Assembly: GCA_902628835.1 (NCBI GenBank)
Contig: CACOPD010000001.1
Location: forward strand, 185,715 to 249,714
Source: an uncultured Alphaproteobacteria bacterium
Lineage (GTDB): Bacteria; Pseudomonadota; Alphaproteobacteria; HIMB59; GCA-002718135
Direction: 5' to 3'
Length of the DNA stretch: 64,000 nt
Shown: piece after piece, positions 1 through 10,631 of the stretch
Layout of the letters: every line of letters begins with the position of its first letter
Position numbering within the stretch: position 1 is the stretch's first letter
Made by a program: the position numbers and the translations under genes
The notes under the pieces: generated by a model
Database searches by the model: none
Told to the model about the DNA's origin: nothing
What the model saw: only the letters and a program-made list of their open reading frames with translations

Positions 1-71
1 TTAGCTTTGACATTTATACCTACAGTCATTGAAGGTTTTATTTTACTTAGTCTATCTGCAACAAAATTCAT
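1..71 (-). CDS. Class I PLP-dependent aminotransferase (aspartate aminotransferase-like), 5' end only; runs off the window
   Basis: Manual translation from ATG at 71: MNFVADRLSKIKPSMTVGINVKA, typical alphaproteobacterial AspAT N-terminus; abuts the stop codon of the upstream gene. Confidence 0.7.
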   Translation of the reverse strand, partial: MNFVADRLSKIKPSMTVGINVKA

Positions 72-881
72 TTAAATTATAAAATGTTCAATAATTAGAC
101 TAGCACAAGTTAACAACAAAAAAATAGCAAAAATCTTTCTTAATACTAACTTATCTATATTTGATGAAACTTTCGCACCAATTCCAGCAGTAAATATACT
201 AGTTATCGATATAAAAAAAACTATTATAATATTTACGTAACCAAGCGAATAAATGGGAAGTTCATTTATATTTGACCCAGTATACATAAATGTAAGTGTT
301 CCTGGAAAAGCAATTAAAAAACCAAAAACAGCAGAGGTTCCAACTGCTTCATGAATCTTTTTTGAAAACATTGTTAAAGTTGGAACACTAAAACTACCAC
401 CACCTATACCAATTGTTGCAGATAAAAAACCAATAGAAGAGCTTATTGCAAAGTTAATTATATTAGATGATGGTATATTGTTACTTACAATTATTGGGCT
501 TTGTTGAAACAGCATATTTAATGAAATCAAAAATGCTAGAATTACAAAAAGAATTACTAAACTCTGCCCTGAAATAGAACTCGCTGCAAAAGAACCTACA
601 ATTGATCCTATTATTATTCCTATTGCCCATTTTTTTACAATTATTAAATTTGTATTTTTAAGTTTAACATGAGATCTTATGGAAGAAATTGAAGTAAAAC
701 AAATTACACCAAGAGAAGATGCTACAGCAACATGCATCACAATTTCAGAGCTGTAACCAAGATTAAGTAAAATAAAGTAAGTTACAGGTACAATTATTAT
801 TCCACCTCCAACTCCTAATAATCCTGCAATAAAACCAGAGACTAGACCTGTTAATAAAAAAATAAATACTATTGAAGTCAA
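72..881 (-). CDS. TauE/SafE (TSUP) family membrane transporter
   Basis: Two GxGGG repeats (AGLLGVGGG, ATIGIGGG), AVGTS motif, about 8 TM segments. Confidence 0.9.
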   Translation of the reverse strand: MTSIVFIFLLTGLVSGFIAGLLGVGGGIIIVPVTYFILLNLGYSSEIVMHVAVASSLGVICFTSISSIRSHVKLKNTNLIIVKKWAIGIIIGSIVGSFAASSISGQSLVILFVILAFLISLNMLFQQSPIIVSNNIPSSNIINFAISSSIGFLSATIGIGGGSFSVPTLTMFSKKIHEAVGTSAVFGFLIAFPGTLTFMYTGSNINELPIYSLGYVNIIIVFFISITSIFTAGIGAKVSSNIDKLVLRKIFAIFLLLTCASLIIEHFII

Positions 882-946
882 ATAAATTTCCGTATTTTAA
901 GTTTCATTAATGTAGTAAACAATTTAATATAAAAGTAAATAAGACT

Positions 947-2074
947 ATGAAACATGTACATTGGATAGGAACTGGACTTTCTTCTATACCAGGAATTAGA
1001 AGATTAGCTAAAAATTTAGATAATTTTACAGTATGGAATAGAACATTAGATAAGGCTATAAAGAGTATTGACCATGTAGATAAAAACAATGTGAACGCAA
1101 AACAGTTTGATGTTGATTTATTATTTAAAGAAACAAATCCTGGTGATATTGTGATTTCTCAACTACCAGCAAACAAACATTTAGAAATAGCTAAACTTTG
1201 TTTAAAACATAAATGTCATTTTGCATCTACTAGTTACCTTAATCCAGAAATAAATATGCTAAATCCAGATGTAAAAAAAGAAAATTTAGTATTTATTAAT
1301 GAGGTCGGTTTAGATCCAGGTATCGATCATTTTTTTTCCCATTTACTTGTCAGTGATCTTAAAAAAATCTCTACTGAAAAAACAGAAGTGGTTTATGAAT
1401 CATATTGTGGCGGTTTTCCAGCAATTCCAAATGATTTCAAATATAAATTTAGTTGGTCTCCAGCTGGAGTAATCAAAGCCTTAAACAATGATGCAAAATA
1501 TATAACAAAAGGAAAAATAAATACTGTAACTCCTTACAAATCTATTAGTTCTTATTCAATATCTGATGAAAATTTTGAAGCTTATCCAAACAGAGATTCA
1601 ACACCATATGTAAGTGAATACTTGTTTGATGAGAAGTGGACAGTCAAAGAGTTCGTAAGAGGAACTTTGCGACTTGATGGTTGGAAAGAGGCATGGCAAG
1701 ATATTTTTTCAATGCTTGAAAAAAGATCAGATAATATAGAAGCTGAGATCAATGAAAAAAGTGAGGAATTATTAAAAAATAATAAATATTTACCTGAGGA
1801 AGAAGATCGCGTTGTACTTTCTGTAAAACTTAAAGCTTTTGAAAATGATAATAAAATTTTTGATAGTTCTTATTTTTTAGATGAAAAAGGAAGTGGTGAA
1901 AATACCGCAATGGGTAAACTTGTATCTATTACTTTATCAGCTGCGATTGATCTAATTATGGATAATAAAATTGAGTCTGGTGTTACAACTGCACCACATA
2001 AAACAGAAGATATAATGTATTTTTTTAAAATTTTAAAAGATTATAAAATTAATATCCAACAAGAGAATGGATAA
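947..2074 (+). CDS. Saccharopine dehydrogenase (glutamate-forming, Lys9-like)
   Basis: NEVGLDPGIDH, SYCGG, YKFSWSP, AYPNRDS and RGTLR motifs. Confidence 0.9.
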   Translation: MKHVHWIGTGLSSIPGIRRLAKNLDNFTVWNRTLDKAIKSIDHVDKNNVNAKQFDVDLLFKETNPGDIVISQLPANKHLEIAKLCLKHKCHFASTSYLNPEINMLNPDVKKENLVFINEVGLDPGIDHFFSHLLVSDLKKISTEKTEVVYESYCGGFPAIPNDFKYKFSWSPAGVIKALNNDAKYITKGKINTVTPYKSISSYSISDENFEAYPNRDSTPYVSEYLFDEKWTVKEFVRGTLRLDGWKEAWQDIFSMLEKRSDNIEAEINEKSEELLKNNKYLPEEEDRVVLSVKLKAFENDNKIFDSSYFLDEKGSGENTAMGKLVSITLSAAIDLIMDNKIESGVTTAPHKTEDIMYFFKILKDYKINIQQENG

Positions 2075-3296
2075 TCAATTAACCAATATTGGTATTGTTA
2101 GGGAGTCTAGAAATGATGAAAATAGAACTCCTCTAGTCCCAGAACATATTAAAAAATATAAAGAAAGTAATCCAAATATTAATTTCATTATTCAGCCATC
2201 AAATAATAGATGCTTTTCTGATGAAGAATATGAATTATCTGGCGCTAAAATTAATGATAATTTAAATGAATGCTCAATAATATTTGGAGTTAAAGAAATT
2301 GATTCAAATATTTTAATTAATAATAGGACATATCTTTTTTTTTCTCACACCTTTAAAATTAATAAACAACAAAAAAATATTGAAAAAAATAAGAAAGACT
2401 TACTCTTATCAATTTTAAATAAAAAAATTACATTGATTGATTATGAAAATATCAGAGGTAAAAATGGTAATAGGTATTTAGGTTTTGGAAGATTTGCAGG
2501 TATTGTTGGTTGTTATAATACCTTAAATTTATTACTTAAAGTTCTTGGAAAACAATCTCTTGCTAGTGCCTATAAAATTAATGATTACGAAAGATTAGTA
2601 TTAAATTTAAAAAACTTATATTTTCCTAAAACTAAAATTCTAGTTACTGGTGATGGTAGAGTTGCAAAAGGAGTAATTGAACTTTTGAATCAAACAAACA
2701 TTAAAGCAGTATCAAAAAAAGACTATTTGGAAAAAAAATTTGATCAACCTATTTTTTGTAATTTGGAAACTAAAGATTATGTTACAAATAATTCTTCCAC
2801 TAATTTTAACCTTGAGCATTTTATTAATAATCCTCAGGATTATTCGAGTTCTGCATTACAATATTTAAAAGAAACTAATATACTTATAAGCGCACATTAC
2901 TGGGACCCATCTTCTCCAAAAATATTTGAGATTGAAGACTTAAAAGTTTTACAAAATCTAAAAATTGTTGGTGATATTACTTGTGATATTAATGGTTCTG
3001 TCCCAACTACAATACGATCAACTACAATCGAGAAACCAAATTATTGGATTGAAAGATATAATTTAAAAGAAATAGACGAAAATAATGATGGAATTGCTGT
3101 TATGGCAGTTGATAATTTACCATCTGAATTGCCACGGGATTCAAGTACAGAATTTAGTGAAGGTATTATCAAAGAAGTTCTTCCTTTTTTATTAAAAGAA
3201 GATGATGGAAGAATATTAAATGGAACAATTACAACAGATGGTAGTTTTTTAGAAAAGTACAATTATTTAAATAATTATATTAAAATTAATGAATAA
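2067..3296 (+). CDS. Lysine-ketoglutarate reductase / AlaDH-PNT family saccharopine dehydrogenase
   Basis: RTPLVP, GVKE, FFSHT, LIDYE, GFGRFAG, GDITCDINGS and MAVDNLPSELP motifs; overlaps the upstream SDH gene. Confidence 0.85.
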   Translation: MDNQLTNIGIVRESRNDENRTPLVPEHIKKYKESNPNINFIIQPSNNRCFSDEEYELSGAKINDNLNECSIIFGVKEIDSNILINNRTYLFFSHTFKINKQQKNIEKNKKDLLLSILNKKITLIDYENIRGKNGNRYLGFGRFAGIVGCYNTLNLLLKVLGKQSLASAYKINDYERLVLNLKNLYFPKTKILVTGDGRVAKGVIELLNQTNIKAVSKKDYLEKKFDQPIFCNLETKDYVTNNSSTNFNLEHFINNPQDYSSSALQYLKETNILISAHYWDPSSPKIFEIEDLKVLQNLKIVGDITCDINGSVPTTIRSTTIEKPNYWIERYNLKEIDENNDGIAVMAVDNLPSELPRDSSTEFSEGIIKEVLPFLLKEDDGRILNGTITTDGSFLEKYNYLNNYIKINE

Positions 3297-5343
3297 AGCA
3301 GAAAAAAAACATCATCTCTCTCCCGAAATCACAACACCTTTTAAAATTGTCAGTGATTTTAATCCAAGTGGTGATCAACCTGAAGCAATTAAAAGTATTG
3401 TTAAAAGTCTAAATGAAGGAGAACAAGAACAAGTTCTTTTAGGTGTCACTGGATCAGGTAAGACCTTTACAATGGCTAAAGTAATTGAAAAAGTACAGAA
3501 ACCTACTTTAATAATGGCGCCAAATAAAACATTAGCAGCACAACTTTACGGCGAAATGAAAAATTTGTTTCCAAATAATGCTGTTGAATATTTTGTCAGT
3601 TATTATGATTATTATACACCAGAAGCATATGTACCAAGAACTGATACATATATTGAAAAAGAATCTTCAATAAACGAACAAATTGATCGTCTAAGGCATT
3701 CAGCTACTAGATCTTTAGTGGAAAGAAGAGATACAATCATAGTAGCATCAGTTTCTTGTATCTATGGTATTGGATCAGTTGATGCTTATTCTTCAATGTC
3801 TTTTACTTTAGATAAAAATCAATCAATAAGTAGAGAGATTATTATCAGAAAGTTGGTAGAACTTTTATACAAACGTCGTGACATGGACTTTAGAAGAGGT
3901 AGCTTTAGGGCTAAGGGAGATATTTTAGAAATTTTCCCTTCTCACTATGAAGATATTTCTTGGAAAATTTCTATGTTTGGAGATGATATAGAGAGTATAA
4001 CGCAAGTGGACCCACTTACTGGAGAGAAGCTTGGAGAACTTGAACAAATAAGAATCTTTGCAAACTCTCATTATGTAACCCCAAAGCCAACAATAAAAAA
4101 AGCGATTACTATGATTAAAAATGATCTAAAAAAACAATTAGAGATTTTTGAAAAAGAAAAAAAATACTTAGAAAGACAAAGGTTAGATGAGAGAACTACA
4201 TTTGACTTAGAAATGATGGAAACTACTGGAAGTTGCAGTGGTATTGAAAATTATTCTAGATATTTGTCAGGAAGACAGCCGGGGGAGCCTCCTCCTACAC
4301 TTTATGAATATATTCCAGAAGACTCTTTATTGTTTATAGATGAAAGCCATCAGACATGTGGTCAAATAGCAGGAATGTACAAAGGTGATTTTTCTAGAAA
4401 ATCAACTTTAGCTCAATATGGTTTTAGACTACCAAGTTGTGTTGATAACAGACCTTTAAAAAGAGAGGAATGGGATGCAATGCGTCCACAAACTATATTT
4501 GTAAGTGCAACACCAGGAGATTATGAACTTGAAAAGACAGGTGGTACCTTTGTTGAACAAGTAATTAGACCAACAGGTTTAATTGATCCACCTATTGAGA
4601 TAAGGCCAACTAAACATCAAATTGATAACTTAATTGATGAATGTAAAAAGACTATAGATAAAGGTCATCGTGTTCTAATCACAACACTTACAAAGAAAAT
4701 GGCCGAAGATCTTACTGAATATATTAATGAAGAAGGATTAAAAGTACGGTATCTTCACTCTGATATTGATACATTAGAAAGAATAGAAATTATTAGAGAT
4801 CTAAGATTAGGAGTTTTTAATGTTTTAGTTGGAATAAACCTTCTTAGAGAAGGTTTAGATATTCCTGAATGTGCTTTAATGGCTATATTAGATGCTGATA
4901 AGGAAGGTTACCTACGTTCAAGAACTAGTTTAATTCAGACAATTGGTAGAGCTGCAAGAAATGTTGAGAGTAAAGTCTTAATGTATGCTGATAACATTAC
5001 CACTAGTATGAAAGAAGCAATCGAAGAGACAGATAGAAGGCGAACTAAACAACTAGAATATAATAAAATAAATAAAATTACGCCGATCAGTATTAAAAAG
5101 AATATTCAAGAAATAATTGAGAACACAGCTGAACAAGATCATGTTACAGTTGAAATTGATAATGCTAAAGAATTAGTTGGTAAGGATCTTGATAAACATA
5201 TTAAAAATTTAGAGAAAAAAATGAATGAATTTGCTTCAAAACTTGAATTTGAAGATGCAGCTAGATTACGAGATGAAATCAATAGATTAAAAGCGAAAGA
5301 AGTGGGCCTTTCTAATAAAGTTTTGCAGTTTAAAAAGAATTAA
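3289..5343 (+). CDS. uvrB: Excinuclease ABC subunit B
   Basis: GVTGSGKT, YYDYYTPEAY, DESH, GINLLREGLD, C-terminal UVR motif FEDAARLRD. Confidence 0.98.
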   Translation: MNKAEKKHHLSPEITTPFKIVSDFNPSGDQPEAIKSIVKSLNEGEQEQVLLGVTGSGKTFTMAKVIEKVQKPTLIMAPNKTLAAQLYGEMKNLFPNNAVEYFVSYYDYYTPEAYVPRTDTYIEKESSINEQIDRLRHSATRSLVERRDTIIVASVSCIYGIGSVDAYSSMSFTLDKNQSISREIIIRKLVELLYKRRDMDFRRGSFRAKGDILEIFPSHYEDISWKISMFGDDIESITQVDPLTGEKLGELEQIRIFANSHYVTPKPTIKKAITMIKNDLKKQLEIFEKEKKYLERQRLDERTTFDLEMMETTGSCSGIENYSRYLSGRQPGEPPPTLYEYIPEDSLLFIDESHQTCGQIAGMYKGDFSRKSTLAQYGFRLPSCVDNRPLKREEWDAMRPQTIFVSATPGDYELEKTGGTFVEQVIRPTGLIDPPIEIRPTKHQIDNLIDECKKTIDKGHRVLITTLTKKMAEDLTEYINEEGLKVRYLHSDIDTLERIEIIRDLRLGVFNVLVGINLLREGLDIPECALMAILDADKEGYLRSRTSLIQTIGRAARNVESKVLMYADNITTSMKEAIEETDRRRTKQLEYNKINKITPISIKKNIQEIIENTAEQDHVTVEIDNAKELVGKDLDKHIKNLEKKMNEFASKLEFEDAARLRDEINRLKAKEVGLSNKVLQFKKN

Positions 5344-6347
5344 TGGATATTGTATTTTTAGAAACTAACCAAACTGGAATCATTAAACTAAATCGTCCTA
5401 AAGCTTTAAATGCTCTCAATTTAGAAATGGCAAAAAAATTCCATGATAAATTATTAGAATGGGAAGAAAAAGATAATATCTTAAGAGTATTGTTAGTTGG
5501 AGAAGGTAAGCATTTTTGTGCAGGAGGAGATGTAAAATCTCTTGTTCTTGCTGGAAAAGAAAACTCTTTAAAACATGATTTTTTTAAAGTTGAGTATAAG
5601 CTTAATTATTTAATAAGCCAATTTAGTAAAGAATTTCTCTCAGTTTGGAATGGTGTGGTAATGGGAGGTGGGGTTGGTTTATCAATCTATGGTGATCACA
5701 GATTGGCAACAGACAATTCAAAATTTGCAATGCCAGAATCTGCCATTGGTTTTTTTCCAGATGTTGGTGGAAGTTATTTTTTATCAAATCTTCCAGGTAA
5801 CATTGGTAAGTATATTGGTTTAACGGGTGAGGTTTTAGGATTAAATGAATTAATTTTTTTTGGATTAGCAACACACTACTTTAAAAGTGATAAAATAGAA
5901 GATGTTAAAGAAAAATTTATTACAAGAGGAGAAATTTTACACGATAATTTTGAAGTAGAGAATGATACATATCTAATTAAAAATATGAATTTAATAAATG
6001 AACTATTCAATGGAAATATTCAAACAATCATATCAAATTTAAAAAATCATAACTCAGAGTTTTCAAAAAAAATTTTAGATATTCTTTTAGTTAAATGTCC
6101 AATGAGTCTTGCGATAACCACTAAACTTATTGATGATGCAAAAGATAAATCGTTAAAAGAATGTTTAGAAACTGAATTTCAATTAAGTCAAAAAATAGTA
6201 TACCGTAGTGACTTTGATAATGGTGTAAATTCTGTGCTAATTTCAAAAGATCATAATCCTATTTGGGAACCATCAAAAATAAATGAAATAAATATAGAAG
6301 ATCTAGATTTTTATTTTGAAACTCATACTGAAAATCTTTATCTATAA
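5343..6347 (+). CDS. 3-hydroxyisobutyryl-CoA hydrolase-like enoyl-CoA hydratase/isomerase family protein
   Basis: LNRPKALNAL, FCAGGDV, VMGGGVG, AMPESAIGFFPDVG. Confidence 0.9.
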   Translation: MDIVFLETNQTGIIKLNRPKALNALNLEMAKKFHDKLLEWEEKDNILRVLLVGEGKHFCAGGDVKSLVLAGKENSLKHDFFKVEYKLNYLISQFSKEFLSVWNGVVMGGGVGLSIYGDHRLATDNSKFAMPESAIGFFPDVGGSYFLSNLPGNIGKYIGLTGEVLGLNELIFFGLATHYFKSDKIEDVKEKFITRGEILHDNFEVENDTYLIKNMNLINELFNGNIQTIISNLKNHNSEFSKKILDILLVKCPMSLAITTKLIDDAKDKSLKECLETEFQLSQKIVYRSDFDNGVNSVLISKDHNPIWEPSKINEINIEDLDFYFETHTENLYL

Positions 6348-6355
6348 TATTAAAA

Positions 6356-8803
6356 ATGAGTAATAAAATTCCCACTTCTGCTAAAGTAGTTGTAATAGGT
6401 GGTGGTATAGCTGGATGTTCTGTAGCTTATCATTTAGCAAAATTTGGATGGAAAGATGTGATCTTACTAGAAAGAGATCAATTAACTTCTGGAACTACTT
6501 GGCATGCAGCAGGACTGATTGGTCAGATCGGTGCATCAGCAACCATTACAAAACTTAGAAATTATTCGTTAAATTTATATAAAGACCTGGAAAAAGAAAC
6601 AGGATTGGCAACAGGTTTAAAGCAAAACGGCTCTTTAACTATTGCAACAACTAATGATCGATTAGAAGAATTAAAAAGGCAAGCTACTTTTGCTCAAAGA
6701 TTTAATATAGAAGTTAATGAATTAGAAAAAAATCAGATTAAGGATATTTATTCTCTTATAAATACTGATGATGTTGTTGGTGGAATATTTATTCCAAAAG
6801 ATGGTCAAGCAGATCCTGTTGGTATAACAAATGTTCTTGCTAAATCGGCAAAAATGTATGGTGCTCAAATATTTGAACATTGTTCTGTAAATAAAATCCT
6901 TACTAAAAATGGATCAATAGAAGGTGTAGATACAAAACATGGAAAAATTAAATGTGAGTATATTGTTCTAGCATCTGGAATGTGGTCAAGGCAGATAGCA
7001 AATGATATTAACGTTAGTATACCGCTATATCCAAATGAACACTTCTATATATTAAGTGAGCCATTAAAAGAAATTTCTAAATCACTTCCAGTTCTCAGAG
7101 ATTACAATAATTGCTTATATCTAAAAGAGGATGCTGGAAAAATTTTAGTAGGAATTTTTGAGCCTAAAGCTAAACCTGCATTTACTGATACATATAAAGT
7201 GCCCAATGATTTTTCTTTTGGAGAACTACCTGAAGATTTTGATCATTTTGAACCACATTTAAAAAATGCTATGAAAAGAATACCAGCCCTTGAAAATGTA
7301 GGTATAAGAAAATTCTTTAACGGTCCTGAAGCTTTTACTCCAGATACAAATTATCTTTTAGGAGAAACACCAGAAGTAAAAAACTTTTATGTTTGTTGTG
7401 GATTTAATAGTATTGGTATTCAGAGTGCTGGTGGTGCAGGTAAAGTAACTGCAGAATGGATGATGAACGGCGAGGTTAATGATGATCTTTACTCTTTAGA
7501 TATTTCAAGATTTGAAAAATTTCACTCTGAGACAAAATTTATAACTGAAAGAGTTACTGAATCATTAGGAGATTTATATGCAATGCACTGGCCTTATAAA
7601 CAACATAAATCCTCAAGAAATATTAAACTGCTTCCTTTTCATGATGATTTGAAAATAAAAGGAGCATGTTTTGGTCAAGTGGCGGGTTTCGAAAGACCAA
7701 TGTGGTATGCTCTAAATGGCAAGAAACCAGAATATGAGTATAGTTATGGCTATCAAAATTGGTATGATGCAGCAAAGTATGAAACAATAAATACAAGAAA
7801 AAATGTTGGTTTATTTGACTTAAGTGCCTTTGCTAAATTTGAAATTAAGGGAGTCTCTGCTTTCAGCGATCTCCAACGACTATGCTGTAATAATATTAAA
7901 AATAATCCCGGTCATACAACTTATACGCAAATGCTTAATTCAAATGGTGGCATTGTTGCTGATTTAACAGTTACTTGTATTGATAAAGATTCTTTTCGTA
8001 TTGTTACTGGTTCATCTGTGAGAGAACATGATAAAAAACATATTTCAGAAAATCTAAGTAAAAACACAACTTTAATTGATATCACTGAAAGTTTAGCTTG
8101 TTTTGGTGTTTTTGGTCCCAAAAGTAGAGAAATTCTAACGGAAATATTTGGAGAACATTTTTCAAACGACAAGTTTAAATTTGGAACTGCTAAAGAAATA
8201 TCATTGAAAAATAATAAATTGATCTTCCAAAGATTATCTTTTGTTGGTGAACTTGGTTGGGAAATTTATGTTCCTATAAATATATCTAGAGAAATTTATT
8301 TAAAGTTAGTTAAAGTTGGAGAAAACTATAACCTTTCGCATGCTGGAGCTCATGCACTTGATATTATGAGAATGGAAAAAGGATATTTACATTGGGGTCA
8401 TGATATTTCACCAGCTGAAAACCCATTTGAAGCTGGATTAGAATTTACTGTTAAATTAAATAAAAAAGCAGATTTTATAGGTAAAGAAGCGTTAAAAACA
8501 AAAAATAGAATTAAGAAGAAACAACTAACAAATTTTGTTTTAGAAAAATCTACTCCAGGAAATCCACTCTTATTACATGATGAGCCGATTTATTATAAAA
8601 ATAAGATTGTGGGAGAAACTACTTCTAGCAATTATTCATTTAATTATAATAAAAATATGGTCTTTGGATATATAGATTCAGAAATAGATTTAAAAAAATT
8701 AAATGGCAGCAATTTTGAAGTTGAAGTTGCTAAAAATAAATATGTTATGTCTGTTCAATTTAATCCATTGCATGATCCTGAAAATATTTTTACAAAAATA
8801 TAG
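6356..8803 (+). CDS. Dimethylglycine/sarcosine dehydrogenase-like FAD oxidoreductase with GcvT domain
   Basis: GGGIAG FAD motif, SGTTWHAAG, FTPD, C-terminal GcvT folate-binding fold (GELGWEI, RMEKG). Confidence 0.9.
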   Translation: MSNKIPTSAKVVVIGGGIAGCSVAYHLAKFGWKDVILLERDQLTSGTTWHAAGLIGQIGASATITKLRNYSLNLYKDLEKETGLATGLKQNGSLTIATTNDRLEELKRQATFAQRFNIEVNELEKNQIKDIYSLINTDDVVGGIFIPKDGQADPVGITNVLAKSAKMYGAQIFEHCSVNKILTKNGSIEGVDTKHGKIKCEYIVLASGMWSRQIANDINVSIPLYPNEHFYILSEPLKEISKSLPVLRDYNNCLYLKEDAGKILVGIFEPKAKPAFTDTYKVPNDFSFGELPEDFDHFEPHLKNAMKRIPALENVGIRKFFNGPEAFTPDTNYLLGETPEVKNFYVCCGFNSIGIQSAGGAGKVTAEWMMNGEVNDDLYSLDISRFEKFHSETKFITERVTESLGDLYAMHWPYKQHKSSRNIKLLPFHDDLKIKGACFGQVAGFERPMWYALNGKKPEYEYSYGYQNWYDAAKYETINTRKNVGLFDLSAFAKFEIKGVSAFSDLQRLCCNNIKNNPGHTTYTQMLNSNGGIVADLTVTCIDKDSFRIVTGSSVREHDKKHISENLSKNTTLIDITESLACFGVFGPKSREILTEIFGEHFSNDKFKFGTAKEISLKNNKLIFQRLSFVGELGWEIYVPINISREIYLKLVKVGENYNLSHAGAHALDIMRMEKGYLHWGHDISPAENPFEAGLEFTVKLNKKADFIGKEALKTKNRIKKKQLTNFVLEKSTPGNPLLLHDEPIYYKNKIVGETTSSNYSFNYNKNMVFGYIDSEIDLKKLNGSNFEVEVAKNKYVMSVQFNPLHDPENIFTKI

Positions 8804-8821
8804 TTTTTTACGATCTAATAT

Positions 8822-9700
8822 ATGAAAAAAATTAGATTATTTTTTTCTATAGTAGTAATTATTTTAATAATTTTATCTATCTTTATTTATATTTTTCTAA
8901 ATAATTTTGAAAAAGAAAAAATAATTAGTGACATAGAAAAGAAATTTGAAATTAAAATTAATGAAAAAAATAAATCTAAAATCAATATTTTTCCAATTGT
9001 AAAGCTTAACACAAACTTAGAAATTAAAGATTACAAAAATAATTTATACTTTGATAATATTAGAATTGATATTTCTCAGCCCGTATTTCAAGTTTCAGGA
9101 AATCTAAATATTCTAATTGATAATTTGAATATTAATAATATTAATTTTAGTGAAGTAAATATTAATGGAAAAGTAAATTTTATTGAAAATTATCTTAAAT
9201 ATAGTGATAATTTAGAAAATTTATTTGATTCAATTTATAATATAAATGGGAAAATAACTTTACAAACCACTAATGAAGAAAAATTTTTAATTTCTTTTTT
9301 AAAATTATTCTTTGAAAAATTAGAAAAAAAAGAAAATCAAGAATTCGCTTTTTCTAAATTGATAAATGCTTTTGGGAATGAAAGTTCTAATTTTAATGGT
9401 ACAATAAACAAAAACAAATATATTTTGGAAACAAGTAAGATAGAAATTAGTAATAAAAGCAACAGAATTTTTATAAAAGGAGAATTCAATTACAATGACA
9501 ATTTTATAGATATTATTTTAGATTTATCTCAAAATAATGAGATATATTTAACTGCTTTGATAAAAGGAGATTTGAACGATCCTAATATAAATTTTGATGA
9601 AAATTCAAAATTTTTTCAAAATTCTAACTCAAATGAAAATAATTTAATAGAAGAGAGCGTTATTCAATTTCTGAATAATTTTTTTGATCTCAATGATTGA
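8822..9700 (+). CDS. Hypothetical membrane-anchored protein, possibly a reduced AsmA-like protein
   Basis: N-terminal TM anchor, beta-rich Asn/Ile composition, C-terminal IKGDLNDP resembling AsmA-family ends. Confidence 0.5.
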   Translation: MKKIRLFFSIVVIILIILSIFIYIFLNNFEKEKIISDIEKKFEIKINEKNKSKINIFPIVKLNTNLEIKDYKNNLYFDNIRIDISQPVFQVSGNLNILIDNLNINNINFSEVNINGKVNFIENYLKYSDNLENLFDSIYNINGKITLQTTNEEKFLISFLKLFFEKLEKKENQEFAFSKLINAFGNESSNFNGTINKNKYILETSKIEISNKSNRIFIKGEFNYNDNFIDIILDLSQNNEIYLTALIKGDLNDPNINFDENSKFFQNSNSNENNLIEESVIQFLNNFFDLND

Positions 9701-10631
9701 CTTACTAAATATAGTTAGCAGTGTGTTTGGATATATTCTTTTTGGATTTTTTGTAAATAAATTACAGTTACTTCCAAAAAAATATATCAATTATTTTGAT
9801 TTTGTAGGTTTTAATATCATTTTACCTTTAGCTTTAATAATATATTTCTGGCAAGTTTCATTTCCTCAAATTAATTCTATTGCTCTGATCTTCTCATTTT
9901 TTGCTTCAGGTATTTTTATATTCATGACTGGTTTTTTTATAAGCAAAATATTATTAAATTATAAAACAGATGACTCAGCACTTTTTGGATTAGCTTCTTG
10001 CTTTGGTAATACTGTAGCAATGGGAATACCCCTAATGTACGCAGTTTTGGGTCCAATAAATACAATTCCTTATATGATATTGGTTTTTTTTCACGGTATT
10101 ATTCATTTTAGCTACACTGTTATTATTATTGAAGTTTATAGAAATAGACAGCGAAGCATTATTGAAATTATTTACCAAATATTATTAGGCGTAGTTAAAA
10201 ATATTGTACTTTTTGGAATGATATTTGGAATCATTCTTAATTACTCTAATCTTATTGTTCCATCTATTATGAAACAGCCTTTAGATATTTTTGTAAAACT
10301 TGCTCTTCCAATAGTTCTTATTTCTTTAGGTCTCGCATTAGGAAATTTTAAAATTATAGAAAATATTTACGGTGCTGTAGTATTAACAATTTTGAAAAAT
10401 TTTATTCACCCTATAATTGCATTTTGTTTAGCATATTTTTTATTAGATCTTGATAGTCTCTTGGTAATTATTGTTACTATGGCTGCAGCTTTACCAAGTG
10501 GTTCTCAATCATATTATTTTGCATATAGATACAACTCATTGAAAGCTGTCGTTTCTTCAAATGTAGTATTAAGCACATTTGTCAGTTTTTTTACGCTGTC
10601 TTTATTATTAGTATTTTTTGATATTACGTAG
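9693..10631 (+). CDS. AEC (auxin efflux carrier) family transporter
   Basis: FGNTVAMGIP, KNFIHP and AALPSG motifs; ATG at 9693 preferred to the TTG at 9684. Confidence 0.85.
   Translation: MIDLLNIVSSVFGYILFGFFVNKLQLLPKKYINYFDFVGFNIILPLALIIYFWQVSFPQINSIALIFSFFASGIFIFMTGFFISKILLNYKTDDSALFGLASCFGNTVAMGIPLMYAVLGPINTIPYMILVFFHGIIHFSYTVIIIEVYRNRQRSIIEIIYQILLGVVKNIVLFGMIFGIILNYSNLIVPSIMKQPLDIFVKLALPIVLISLGLALGNFKIIENIYGAVVLTILKNFIHPIIAFCLAYFLLDLDSLLVIIVTMAAALPSGSQSYYFAYRYNSLKAVVSSNVVLSTFVSFFTLSLLLVFFDIT

Noticed and set aside
72-881. TauE protein as the sulfite exporter of the SQ pathway
   Set aside because: About 49 kb away and abutting an aminotransferase gene; the family is broad, so no link can be supported
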